64,000 bases of DNA, from NCBI RefSeq assembly GCF_964204645.1, contig NC_134025.1, positions 6,138,001 through 6,202,000 on the forward strand, given 5' to 3'. The notes under the pieces are model-generated. The model saw only the letters and a program-made list of their open reading frames with translations, had not been told where the DNA came from and made no database searches. The position numbers and the translations under genes are program-made. How positions within the stretch are numbered: the first letter of the stretch is position 1; each line of letters begins with the position of its first letter. The DNA comes from Tubulanus polymorphus. Taxonomy: Eukaryota > Animalia > Nemertea. Positions 1 to 12,720 of this stretch are shown piece after piece.

Positions 1-124
1 CCCCAAGTGTCAGAGCCTGACATTAAGACCACCTCAATAACCAAAATGATATTTTCCATGGGTGGACGACAAAGTTCCCGACATTATGTGTATACAGAAT
101 AATCGAAATTCATTAAATTTTCAG

Positions 125-2363
125 GACGAAACCTTCTATCCGGATTGTGGTCAGTATGCTGGTTCTGAGCGGTTTGTTTGTATTGACAATAGCACTTGCT
201 GTTATTGATACGTCACAAGGTACAGACGTTATCGCGTTATCAATATTCATTTCATTTATCGCTCTCTACTAAATCAATGATCGGAGATTCGTCTCTCTTG
301 GTTCAAAGTTCGAAAGGGTCGAATTATAATGCTCGATTTTCGATATTTTTAGCTCCCGAATTATTTTTTGGCGTTACGTTGCTTCTCATCGTTTTTATGA
401 ACAGTAAGTTTGGATGTCTTAACCATTTTTCCCTGAACCCAAGGAAATCTTGGAAAAGATCTTGTCATTCTCATTTTCAAGTGTGCACTGGTGTTTGGAG
501 TAACTGTTTCTTTGGCATAGCAGCCCAATTTCCGGCAATTTACCTCAACAGTTGTATCACTGGAATGGTGAGTTCCCCATTTTCATTCCAGGTATATACT
601 ATTTCCATGGCATTATTGGTCAGATAATCCTCTCTATCTTTTTAGAACGTATGTGGTGTCATAGTTTCCGTCCTTTCAATGACTTCCAAAACAGGTATAA
701 AAATTCTTTTCCATCTCAGTCTTCCAAGAACAATCTTCATTTCAAAATCATTATTCTACAAATCTCACAACATTTTGTGAGATATTTAATGTTTACGTAC
801 TTCATCAACGGTTTCGCGAATGCTTTTTTCTTTTGCTTTCCCGTCACGGTTTTTGACATGAGCGAAAAATTGAAACAGTTTTTAATTTGTAGGAAGTGAC
901 CCTCGTTCGTCGGCTATAATATATTTCGTAGTGGCTCTATTGATATTGATAACGGCACTTGATTTGTTTATAGCCCTACCACTTACGGTAATAATGACGT
1001 TTGACCTAATGTCACAGGTCTACGGGTGGTGTTATAGGTGACACTGGGTTTTCATCTATATGTTTAAGATGCAACGGGTCTCGGACACAAATCAAAATAT
1101 AAATTCGATAATGATTTTCAAACTTTACGTTGAACAAACAGATTTAGATTTTATTTGTTGTTCGATCTGGAAGTAAGATGATATTTTGATTATTCTAGAG
1201 ATATTACCGGGTAAATTATGCAGAGGATAAACAGCAATTAGCGGAAAGTCAACTAGTGGAGGGTTTACCGTACATGAAAACATTTAAACAAGTAAGATTC
1301 TTAAGACTGCACGTTTCAACGGTGACGTTCAAGCAGAGCTATGGGTGGTTATTAGTTCACTGCGATTGTATTTTGAGAAATAAACAATTTTTATTACTGA
1401 AATTTTTGAAAGAAAATGTCCCCTAGAAATAAGTCCCCAACGCTTGTACTCCCCTTCATTGTAAATAGTTTAAGTTGATGCATAGTTTTCGCTTTCAGAT
1501 GTGGTTAGCGTTATTTGATGTTTGGTTCCATCGTTTTATTTCTATGACAATTTATCCGGCTATATTAGTTGACATAAAGAGAATGGACCCAGATTTCTTC
1601 ATTCCTGGTAAAAATAAACTCCGGCCTCTTCCTCGTACAACGATGCCAATGAATACTTCATAATATTTCCATTCTTACCGATTTCAACAATCCAAATCAC
1701 ACCTTGTTCGATTCGTGAAATAGGGTCATGCGAATAGACCAAGACTAATCTTATTTTCTAGATGAGTATTTTACGGATGTCATCGCTTATATGATACCGA
1801 ACGTATTAGCGGTGACGACAAACATGCTCAGCTATTCACGGTTTGCACAGGTAAAAATATAGTCACATTGAGATACCCCCTGCCCTCACAAAATAGCCAT
1901 AATACTTAAGAAAACATGTACGTATAAGGTCACACGACTAAAAGTGTATCTTCATTTTGTAGCCTCCGCCGAAGACAATAATATTGTTTCAAATGGCGAG
2001 ATTTATGTTCATTCCATTCTATTTGTTGTGTAACTTTCGTCCGGAAACGCGCAGTATTCCGGTAGTGTTAAATGATTATTGGTTTCTGATTGGAGCTGTA
2101 GTATTTGGTCTACTTAATGGACACATGTCTGGTATTACGTTCATGTACGCAAAAAGGTAAATTAATTTGAAGCCCCTCAATTTAGCCAAGGTGTCTTTGT
2201 AGTATTATATATACACCTTGCACTTTTTAGAGCTGCTGGTTCAGACCCCCGAATGCAGAAAGTTGCAGGAATGATGACTGGAATTGCTCATAGCACTGGT
2301 TACCTCACAGGTCACCCTTTTACACTCGTCGTGGCGTACCTAGTAGAAAATATAGGAAGATAA
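125..2363 (+). CDS. Equilibrative nucleoside transporter (SLC29/ENT family), multi-exon, 5' end lies outside the window
   Basis: GT-AG exons at ~125-219 (KPSIRIVVSMLVLSGLFVLTIALAVIDTSQ), 353-403 (PELFFGVTLLLIVFMN), 482-567 (CTGVWSNCFFGIAAQFPAIYLNSCITGM), ~893-987 (SDPRSSAIIYFVVALLILITALDLFIALPLT), ~1199-1291, ~1499-1607 (MWLALFDVWFHRFISMTIYPAI), ~1762-1850, ~1963-2156 (RFMFIPFYLLCNFRP...FGLLNGHMSGITFMYA) and ~2231-2363 (VAGMMTGIAHSTG, TAA). These match ENT TM3-TM11 motifs. One small exon between 567 and 893 was not located. Confidence 0.85.
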
Positions 2364-2877
2364 TGCTATATTGTGGACGGTCTCGCCTGTACTTTTGAGG
2401 AGCTTCAGATTTATATGAAATAGTGACTGAGTGATGATAAAGATTGTACCTGGTAAAATGAAAAGACCAGAAAAACTTCTAGTACGACTAGAATGTATGT
2501 TTCCGCGCAATTTATTTCGAAACGAATGTAAGACAACCACAAACGGGAGATTCCACTACGTATGTGTTCGGCAAACTCTTTGTTTCATTGTAATTTTTGA
2601 ACCTCTGAATATCAATTGATTCTCAATAAAAATCAATGGATGTGAATTTTGATTATGAGTACATTGATAAGTTTTATTTGCCTGACATACATATCCCATG
2701 AACTGACAAGTTTCTCAAACTTGCTAATTTTCGAATAATTTAAGATATTAATACAAATACATAGATAGTCGTGGAAATTGTATGGCTATTTAAACATCTA
2801 TATTGTTAATAATTCACTATAAATCGATTTGTTAAAACAGTTGACATTTCTTATGATGGTAGCGTCGCCTTCACATA

Positions 2878-5800
2878 TCACGTGACAGTGGTGGATATAT
2901 CGACTCCGCTGACGGCAGCTGTGGCGCTTTCGCCGTACGTCGCATCGAGCGATCTAATCGCGTTCCGAGACGTTTTTCTTAAGCTGTTTCCCCTGAGAGT
3001 CGACGGTAAAATCCGCAGGTCACTCTCCTCGAGGAAATACACGGCGTATAGCTTCGGACAAAACAAAATCAACAAAATAACGTACGCGTTTGCGACAATG
3101 GGGGCCGTAATGAACGTTAGCGACATGCGGGAACCGGCTCCATTCGTAAAATAAATAGCAATGAACGCCAACCACATGACGATGCTACTGTACACGCTGA
3201 AAGCGATAAATTTGCTTTCGTTGAAATTATCGGGTACGTGTCTGGTTTTGAATGCGTACACCGCACACGATAGAACCAACAGGAAATTGAAGCCGAGAGG
3301 AACCATGACCGACACTGCGTAAATAGAGCAAATTCTTTCGACGAAACGGCGGTCAGGCGAAGGCATCGATTTAGTCGGTAATGGAGGTTCCATAATGGCT
3401 ACGATGCCGCACAATACTATCTGAAAATAGAACATCAGTTGTGAATTGAATTATACATGAAGCGCTAAAGTTCGCAGATAATATGTCACGACAGGGAATA
3501 TGGGTCGCGAGAATCGAATGAGGATCACGAAGAAATAAACCTGGAATGCGGTAATGAAATAACAATAAATAAGACTCCAAGACTGAATAACTACCAAGAG
3601 GATGCATACTTATTGTATACATGTTTTAAAATTGATTATCATAGTTGCTTTCGATCTATTCAGATTTAATCAGCTGTTCATTGCAAAAAGAAGTTTCTCA
3701 GCCCTTCGACAAAAACTTAGAAATCCTCATTTATCGGGTATACACCGATTACGATTGAATATTTACACGCATCTCCCAGTGACGTTCATCAAGTTTAAAA
3801 GTGAAATTTCGAAATAAATCTCGAGGCTGTCTTCAAAAGAGATTTAATGTTGACTGCCAAATCGATCTAGCCGCGTCGTGATGAATATAATTGGTTCTAC
3901 GTTAGGAGAACCTTGTTTACTCTCATCCCATGTTCTATCTGATATGTCACGATGCTACGAAGGAAATTAGTCGTAACGACGAACTGTCGGGTCGATTCAC
4001 CTCTTACCTTGTCTGACTTAATCTGTCTTTCGCTTTTCGCATAAGAATTGGTTTTTCTAGTCTTACGGCATCGTAAAAAAGTGTTATAGTGAGCCATAAA
4101 GGCAGAAAATAAATATTGTGGAAGTCAGTCGGTGAATGTAAAATCATACATAGAATTTAGCACCTATTTATGACCACTTTTTGACATGAAGAATAGTTTG
4201 CTATATGAATGTGCTTGTCAGAATTCTAAAAAATTCTTTACCAATATACCGAGAATTATTATCGAAATTAAACGGAAAACAAATAACAGATTCATTAAGT
4301 ATTCCTGTAGGGCTCTCAAAACATATCGACTAAGCAGCACTGAGTAATGTATACCTTAAACACTCGGTGGTTTGCTATTAGAAAGAAAACCCAAAATATA
4401 GATTTCAAATAACCTTGAATAAGTTATTAGGGTTGCAAATTATTGGACTGCGCGAAACAAAATATATTCAACTCTTGCTATTCTTAGTTTTTTGTGTGAT
4501 AAAATTTTTCGGTAGCAAAAGATTGGAGTGTCATTAAGCAGAATAAAAAACTAGGGATCCAAAATTGTGGATTAGATACATTTTATCTAAACGATTTTTC
4601 CACGTGTAAACTAAACTATTAAACATCTTTTTGGGCCTAGATATTTCAAGATTTTCCAGACACACGTCCGGTACGCCACAAAAGATTCTGCTGGACGCAT
4701 AAATCACATCAACGTTTATTGACGAGTAGTCATGTTACCTGAATTGTAATCAGTGTGGATACAAAGATGAGTTGAACGTGGCGACTGATCCATCTTGGCG
4801 GTGTTCTCGTGCGCTTCCCGTAGTCAAATATCACAAATATTCTGCGTGTTTTAATGAGAATCGGCGCGTAGACGGCCGAGAACACGATCCCCGGACCGAC
4901 CATATTGAAGTAGCATATCACAGTCGTTGGTGGAGACAAATGCGTGAAAACTAGCACCAAGCTGACTAAGATGCTCACTATTATGATGTACATAAGTTCG
5001 ACGCTGGACGCTTTGATCAGTTTCGACTCTCGAGCTCGACAAAAAAGTATGAAAACTAAAATTGTCAGGACAAAACCGAAAGACGCGAACACTACGACCA
5101 CTAATACGAAAGGAGACGACCACTTGTATTCGGAGGGCTCGATTTCTTGGCATGTCGTAAAGTTGACGCTGTCCGGCCACCAGTAAAGCGGACAACGTTG
5201 GCATCGAGTTTGATTGACGACCGTTCGTTCGTTCGGTCGACATCGCAAACAATCCCAACAGCAGACCTGCTTGCGGCGCTGATACTCGAAGCCAGGGGGG
5301 CACGGAGTCGAACACACGGAGAGAGGAACGCCGTACGGGCCGAACCTGGATACATTCGAATGCCACTGTATAGGCGTGTCGGTCAAATTCATCGCGTTCG
5401 AATTGATATCCCAAATGGCCACCGTTTCAACCGTCGGATCACTCCGGCCAGATCTTTGAATATTACGTATTACGTACTTCCCGACCCTATCGCCAAACTC
5501 GTCGAATTGTACACTCTCCCAGGGACCTATTTGTGTGGAATTCAACAGCATTGAACGGATTTTGCTTCCGTCGATGCAATGACTGACCGTGGCGCTGTTC
5601 GCGGCTGGACAGTCGGCCAATATGAGAGTCTTAATAACTTGCGCAAACGCGGAAACGCCGTTAAGAACAAGCGAAATGGAGGAATCGCTATAGAAACCGC
5701 GAGATTCGTCGTAACGAGATGACGCGTCGCAGGTATTGTTTGCGAACGAGCAGTCAAATTTACTTTCCCAGAAATCGCGCAATACGATATTATTCTCGGC

Positions 5801-6820
5801 ATCGGATGCGTTCAAATCTTTGAAATAAGCGTCGAATTGAGTTTTATTTGACATGAACGCGTCGGCGACGAGTAATCCAGTGGGAAGCTGTGCCAGACTG
5901 GACGGATTGTTCAGATTTGGGCCACCTAGTCCATCCGAACCGATAACGATGAAATTGCCAGCTGCTTTGGCCCTGTAGATTGCGGCTAGTAGATGCTTGG
6001 CTTCGGTTGTGTAGGCGTACAATATTAAAACAGTCGCATTCGTGTAGGTTTTAAGTGTTTTCACTATCGAGTCGTATTCTTTAATTGTCGTATATTTGTG
6101 TATACTGAACTTAGCGGCGAAACATAAAGTGAAGTCGTTTTCTACTGCCATCGTTTCCAGCATGTTAATCCCATCTCTTCCGTACGTATCGGACTGGTAA
6201 ACAGCCGACACATAGCTCCACGAGAACTTCTGCAAAAGCGCCAAAATAGTTCGAACCTGAAACTTCGACGGTGGTATAGTTCGTAAAAAGTATGGATAGT
6301 TCGTTTTGTCGCTAAGTGCATCGCTCGTAGCGTAAAAACTGATGTGCGGTATCTGGAAAATGCCCAATAGTGGAGATATCAATGAGCTTGTGGAACTTGT
6401 AGCCGGTCCGATGAGTCCTGCTACTTTGAAGTACGGATATCTACTCGACGATTGGTTGTTTGATGGTGACTTATCGGGTAGAATGTGCATAAGTTGTGAC
6501 AGAGCAGTTGACGGTTTACGACACGCGTCGAAAATAACATAACCGAGTGTCAGATTATTCGGCAACCATTTTAACGAATTCAACTCCCCGACCGCATACA
6601 TCATAGATGTCGCGTGATAAACGGCCAAGTCGAAGATATCTTTACCGCACGAATTTGAGCCTCCGTGGCCGTGTATCGAAAAGAGTCCAGCGAGTAAAAT
6701 GTCTCCCGGTTTGTAGAAGTATGCGTTGTCGGCATGCCCAGGTATATATTCATTTAAAGTTTCACCAGTCATCGTCGATAAAAAGATGATTAAAACGCAG
6801 TGTACGGTCCATTTCGACAT
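2878..6820 (-). CDS. Class C GPCR (metabotropic glutamate receptor-like orphan), 2 coding exons, ~874 aa
   Basis: Exon 1 (6820-4739) encodes signal peptide, Venus flytrap domain (PGDILLAGLFSIH, LPNNLTLGYVIFDAC, DALSDKTNYPYFLRTIPP), nine-Cys domain (SVCSTPCPPG...CCWDCLRC) and TM1-4. A phase-0 GT-AG intron spans 4738-3421. Exon 2 (3420-2878) has YAFKTRHVPDNFNESKFIAFSVY and LFCPKLY. Confidence 0.95.
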
Positions 6821-9800
6821 TTTGTCAGCTACCGCGTAATGACGAGACTGAATTCAAAATGACATATACTTATATCTCATGCGTGTACATTCTTTTTGAT
6901 GTGTACTTCAAGCTCGTTTGCTCGAGAGATTTTCAGCCAGAAACTTCCGACAACCACCGCTTTGAATAGAATAGAAACGCTCCAGCCGCTATTATGACAC
7001 AGTCAGCTTCAGCTGTAATTGAAACGTCCAGATACAACCGACACCAACCGCTGAAGCATCATCTGCAATAAAACGGATATCAATTTAACGAGTGTTGAGA
7101 GTTAAGCTAACGTTAAATATTAGCCTCGTATAAACATCAGGGTCAAACCAACGACAACAAGCTCTACGACTAATTGCTACGAATCTACGGAAAACATCGG
7201 TCGATTTAGACTTTTGTCGGTTTTGTGTTTAACGCAAAAATCTATATCCGGTATTAAACATTGACTGTTTTTGAGAGCTACGCAAACATCAGGGTAATTG
7301 ACGAAACGCTGGCCTTTACCAGTTACGTATGGTTACTAGTACGGACGAAATATGTAATTACCAGAAATAAATCGGCCATGAAATCATTATTATGAAGTGT
7401 TCATTGCATTAATTATTGCATTTTGCTTTATTTACCTTTGCCTTCCGTTAAATGATTATCATTAAAAGAATAAATACATCGATTAAATGAAACAATATCG
7501 AGATGGAAGTTTTTTTACGTGATCCAGACACTACGCAATATTGCCCGGCAATGAATCGAGTAATGACATGATTAATGAGATGATCAATTCAATTGATTAC
7601 ATAAACCATGCGGGTATTGAATTTGTATTTCGACTGATATACGTATAGTCTGGATAGATTTCGCTGCCTGTCAAAATTAATTTATTCTTACGGAAATCAC
7701 ATCGATTCGCATTCATATTTCATTTACATTTTTACATATTTACGACGTCCATTCTATTTAACGGCAAATCCTGAAATCCACAGTTTAATTCGATACGGGC
7801 TTCATATTCATTGCTATTGTCATATTCATAAGATAGACCCTCGATATCAAATTTATACATTGAAAAACATTTGCATAAGATATATATCGAACGGATTCTA
7901 TGGTATACCGAAGCTCAATCCACTAAACGGACCTAACACGATCGATTCAATATTTAGATATGCAGTAATTCTGGATGCGAAGACAATCTTTAGAATCGTG
8001 ACGGTACCTTCCAATTAGTATTTAAATTACTGTCAGTCGATGCTTATCCGATTGGGATGTTGTCAACAGAAGTCGCAACGCAAGTTTACCCATAGCGACA
8101 TTCAATTAGTACGCACTGCTCCTAATTAGTCACTCTACGCAGACATACTACTCGACGCTGCAAATTTGACCACTTAAGTCCCATGGTTTAAAACAATATT
8201 ACCCGATAACTTGTCTCATGACGAATGCATTTCTTTTCGTGGAAAACCACTTTCTGAATTTCAATGCAATGTGCGTTGTTTTATCAAAAATTTATTGTCA
8301 ATATGATAAATAAATGAATAATATAGAAAGCTTTTGATAGTTTAGTCAAATACAGGTAAATAACTACATTTAATTGTAACATACTCATTACATTGACATA
8401 TAATTCCTTGTAATACATGGAATCATGACTTGATTATGTACAATTCATCAAACATTGAATATTTCAAATCGATCAGGAAGTAACAGTTCAATACGCTGTT
8501 TTTCTGAAAGTTTAACACAGAAAGGTTCGTCAAGAATAGTTTGCCGTCCGAAGCATAAAGAGTATAAATGTTGTTCGAGCTCGAAGACTATATATCCCAG
8601 TTAGATATTTTCAAGCGGATCATTTGAACAAGTGGACACCTACCCCCAACAGCCTCCTCATTGATTCCCATCATTGAAACATATGTAAAACACTTTGGCA
8701 ACGCAATATGTTTGTAAAACATTATCATTTCCCATGTTCTTTCTCTTTTTACAGGAATTCTCAAGAACAGAAGATACCTCTCATATCTTTTCTAAAAAGC
8801 TTGAAAATACAACGGGAACTTTTTATTATAAGTATCTAACATGTGGACTACAAGCTTATATCAAGATTATGAAATATTGATTATAAATCATTGTTCATGA
8901 GAAGATTTAGAAAAAGGAAACTCATTTGCTAGTTTTGGTGAAGACATTCACGTTAATTACTTACATACTTGTTGTTCTATCATACAGAGCTGTAGTGTCA
9001 CCAGAATTCAGACCTCGCACAACCGTCTCCAGTCTCCATGTTTACGTACTAAGTAATCTATTGTCTATAGAATATGAATAAAGGGGCCTCTTGGAAGCCT
9101 GAGTGTCCCGTCACAAATCTTTAACCTTAATCTTTGATACAGGGTCTCGCTGTAGAGTTGAACTGCGCCACATGGTGCGGAATGTACTTCTCCGAGCCAA
9201 CTGATCCCGCACACTGATCAGCGCCTGCGAGAGCGCAAAAGCTGTCACCCGACTCGCAGCTTGGCGCTATAGTCTTCTCAACGTAATCTAATGAACTCGT
9301 TCGACAACTGAGTCCTAAACAACCGTCACAACTATTATACAATTTCTATCAACAGGGATCGCAATATTATGAGAGTTATAGAAACATCTGTTTGGTATCC
9401 GCGATTTATCAGCATTGCTACAACAGGACGAACAACAACTATTATCTACGATTGCGTGCGGTGCTATTTCAGTGCCCCTAGCGGCGGTGCGTTATATGAA
9501 CATCAACCAGTTCGATAATGAAGAAAATGGGTGTAATGGGTCTTCTTCCTAAACATACGCTGGAAATTCGACTTTTGTTTAGAAACGCTTTCGATACGAC
9601 GGTTTGATTCAACGATAAAAAGGAAAAAAAAATGTTCCTGCGTCATAGAAAATCGACTTACAAATCTGGAGATAAGTTGAGATTCTTAGTCTGTAGTATA
9701 TAACTAACACCTGTCGTCAGACAGATACCCGATTTATAGAGTGATCCAATCACATCGGAAACTCTCCAATGAAATATTTGTAGTAAGAACACATAGATTA

Positions 9801-10502
9801 CCACAGATATTGGATTAAATCGATATACGTACAAGCGAGCCCAAATATTTTTGTTTACTATGAAGGACGTTAACTACTACTGTAGACATTGTGTCAGAAT
9901 TGGCTTTTAAACCATTGATTTTGATTTTATATGAATGTTCGTATTACGAATGGCATAATTCAGCTGTATTTACAAATACAGCCCACCGTATGTTTGCTTA
10001 ATTAAACAAATGGAATATAGCAAAGATCCAAGTCCCATGCTGTGTTTGTGCTTCGATGTATGAAGGCTTTACTGGAAATAGCAAAAAAATAGAAATAAAA
10101 CCTGCGGCGGAATAGACAAGAGATGATTCTAAAATGATCACAGTCAAGTCGCCCGCAAATCCCGACAAGCCAGCGGTCAGGTATATTTCAAGAACTTGCT
10201 TCATCGAGAATTAACAAGTATATATAAAATGAATATAACATGAGCCATTCGCTTTCATATTCACGAAGAAGATCGCCTAGGATAATATTTACAAAAAATG
10301 CCCCGATTTTACGCATTAATTTCACCATCAATCACTGTTTGCTACGAAATGAAAATATAACCACGCGATACATCATTACGTCGATAATGAACTCTGATTG
10401 ATTACTTCTTGTAAAATTTTGACGTCGTAGATAATTTCATCAATTAAATGCAAATTTGTTAGTCTCTGTAACAAGAAGATCGCCAACTCATATCAACAAG
10501 GA

Positions 10503-10647
10503 AACTAACTTGAAAGTTTATTGACGTCTTGAAAAATAACACACATCAAAAAAGTTAAATTGATATTTCATACACACACAAGCTTGGATTTGAATATATC
10601 GATAACAACTAACTTGAAAGATTATTGAGGCCTTGAGAAATAACACA
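10503..10647. repeat. Pair of ~41-bp direct repeats
   Basis: aactaacttgaaagtttattgacgtcttgaaaaataacaca at 10503 versus aactaacttgaaagattattgaggccttgagaaataacaca at 10607, 4 mismatches. Confidence 0.7.
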
Positions 10648-12720
10648 TTTATTGCTTGATATTGTCGACAATGGATAATATGATATGAATTATATGATAT
10701 TAAGGGTCAATAAATTTATTTTGTATTTGAATGATCGAATTGACCGGCAACCAGTCTAGCCCCGATATATTGATGACGTAGTTCACATCCTCTCAACGAA
10801 TATGATTAATAATTAAATACATAATCATCTGTATGTATTTCTGATATGAGTTATGAAATATATCTAATTACATGTACATTACATTACATTACATGTTATT
10901 TTGAAACGTCAATATTGATGATGTAGCGCACAGAACCCCTTCAAATAACTCATACTAGGTGTCAATAAACATTATTGTTAAGGTTTTTACGGCATCAAAA
11001 AATCAAGTATCCATTAAAAAAGATACGTTTTACTGCCAACGGAGAATGAATATATAATAGCCAAACAACGCATTGTCTTGTGGCTTTGTGGTAGCGATGG
11101 ATATTGGTGTAATTTGACGTTTGCTGAACAGATAGCGACGTGCATCGATGATCGTGCGCACGAGTATCGCATTACATGCCTCAGTCTGATAAAAAGCCAG
11201 GGATAGAATTTATCCTCTTGTTGCGCACGTTTAATGGTTTTAAGAGGAACATTTTTCATCTCGCATCACGCAGCATTCGTTTCATGTTAAATGAATTTAG
11301 CCGTTTTCGATTATTTTTGACGCCAGATAGAAGATTTAGGTTGATTGGTGTTGTCAATGCTGTATATCATTCCCGGCACGTTCTTACATAAAATCAAATG
11401 CAAGTTGTTTTTGAATTCATAAGTACATATTGGTTATGATATTCCTTCCCTGACACGAGTCGTGGCTATGATTTGCATGTATAGGAAAAGTAAATCAAGC
11501 AATTCGTGATTGAAGATTTGCCGTCGATGCAATACAAGAAAAGCAAAACGTGACTTTCTTTTTCGATAAAAATGATTTAATGATTAGCACAATATTGTAT
11601 TTACATTATATTTTCATTTCAAAAAGCATCAATCAGAAATGTATGGTACGGTATGGGATTTTTCGTTGAATGAAGGATTGGTGCATTTTTGAGATTACGA
11701 AACAATTAAGGAGTAACCTAATTTTCAGACTTAATGTCACTCAAATATGAGACATGCTATGTATATATCATTGCAGTTCCTCACGTTCTCTCGAGTTTTT
11801 CAGTAAAAATTAAATAACTACAAGCCATAAACTAATGGAAAATGGAAATAAAAGTGCAGATGATGTAAAACATGAAAAAAACTGGCATTAAAATCAATTA
11901 ACATACCATTCATAGATTGTGGCTTTTAGAAAAAAACAATATTAAAACAGAGTATATACATTGCCATAGATGATGAGAAATTCTCCGAAACTTCTATAGA
12001 ATAAGAAACAATAGAAAATGAATTAATTTGTCTTTACATAATAAGTTTCGTTAAAATAATCAGAATAATTACTTAAAGGCCGGATGACAGTAGATTAAAA
12101 GACAACAGTTCAATTACGTAAAAATAAGATTTTCTATATGTACAAAGATAAATCAGTAGTACTATACAATAATCTAAGTTATCTTTATCGATCATGGACT
12201 GGAAATTTAAGACCCTACACGGAAATGATAGAGCTCCAATTGGTTCATTTTGTCATGTGACCCATCAAATCGACCAATGAAGACACCTGAGTTGGCTTGA
12301 TTTGGCCACAGCTCCTGATATTGGAATATTCCGATAACCACAGTATTATCAAGTAATCTAAAACCGATTCAGATCTAAAAAATCATTCTGCTGACAGCGG
12401 AGGGGATGTTTAAACGCATATTATCCTTCCATCTGATCAGCGTTTGTAAATACATTTAAAATGATTGAGAGATAGTTTATGTTCGGAATCCCGGACGATA
12501 GTCACTACGAATGACAATTAAAACCATTTCAGATAAAATCGTCTAACGCTAGACTTCCAACAACTTCGATAAAACAACTCACGATATCCCGGCGGCTGGG
12601 TGCCTAGAATTCATGCTGTTCGCTGCTAATAACATAGAATTCTGATTCGGATTTTTCTGGTGAATAAATTATCTTTCGTTGTTTACCCTCGAAAAACCTG
12701 AGGTAAATCACTAATCAAAT

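Noticed and set aside
196-899. ORFs 196-627 and 552-899 as standalone genes
   Set aside because: The first is ENT exons read through introns. The second is mostly intronic AT-rich sequence.
4772-5802. Several overlapping ORFs (4851-5414, 5147-5554, 5101-5355, 5542-5802)
   Set aside because: Shadow frames of the GC-rich GPCR exon, with no recognisable motifs.
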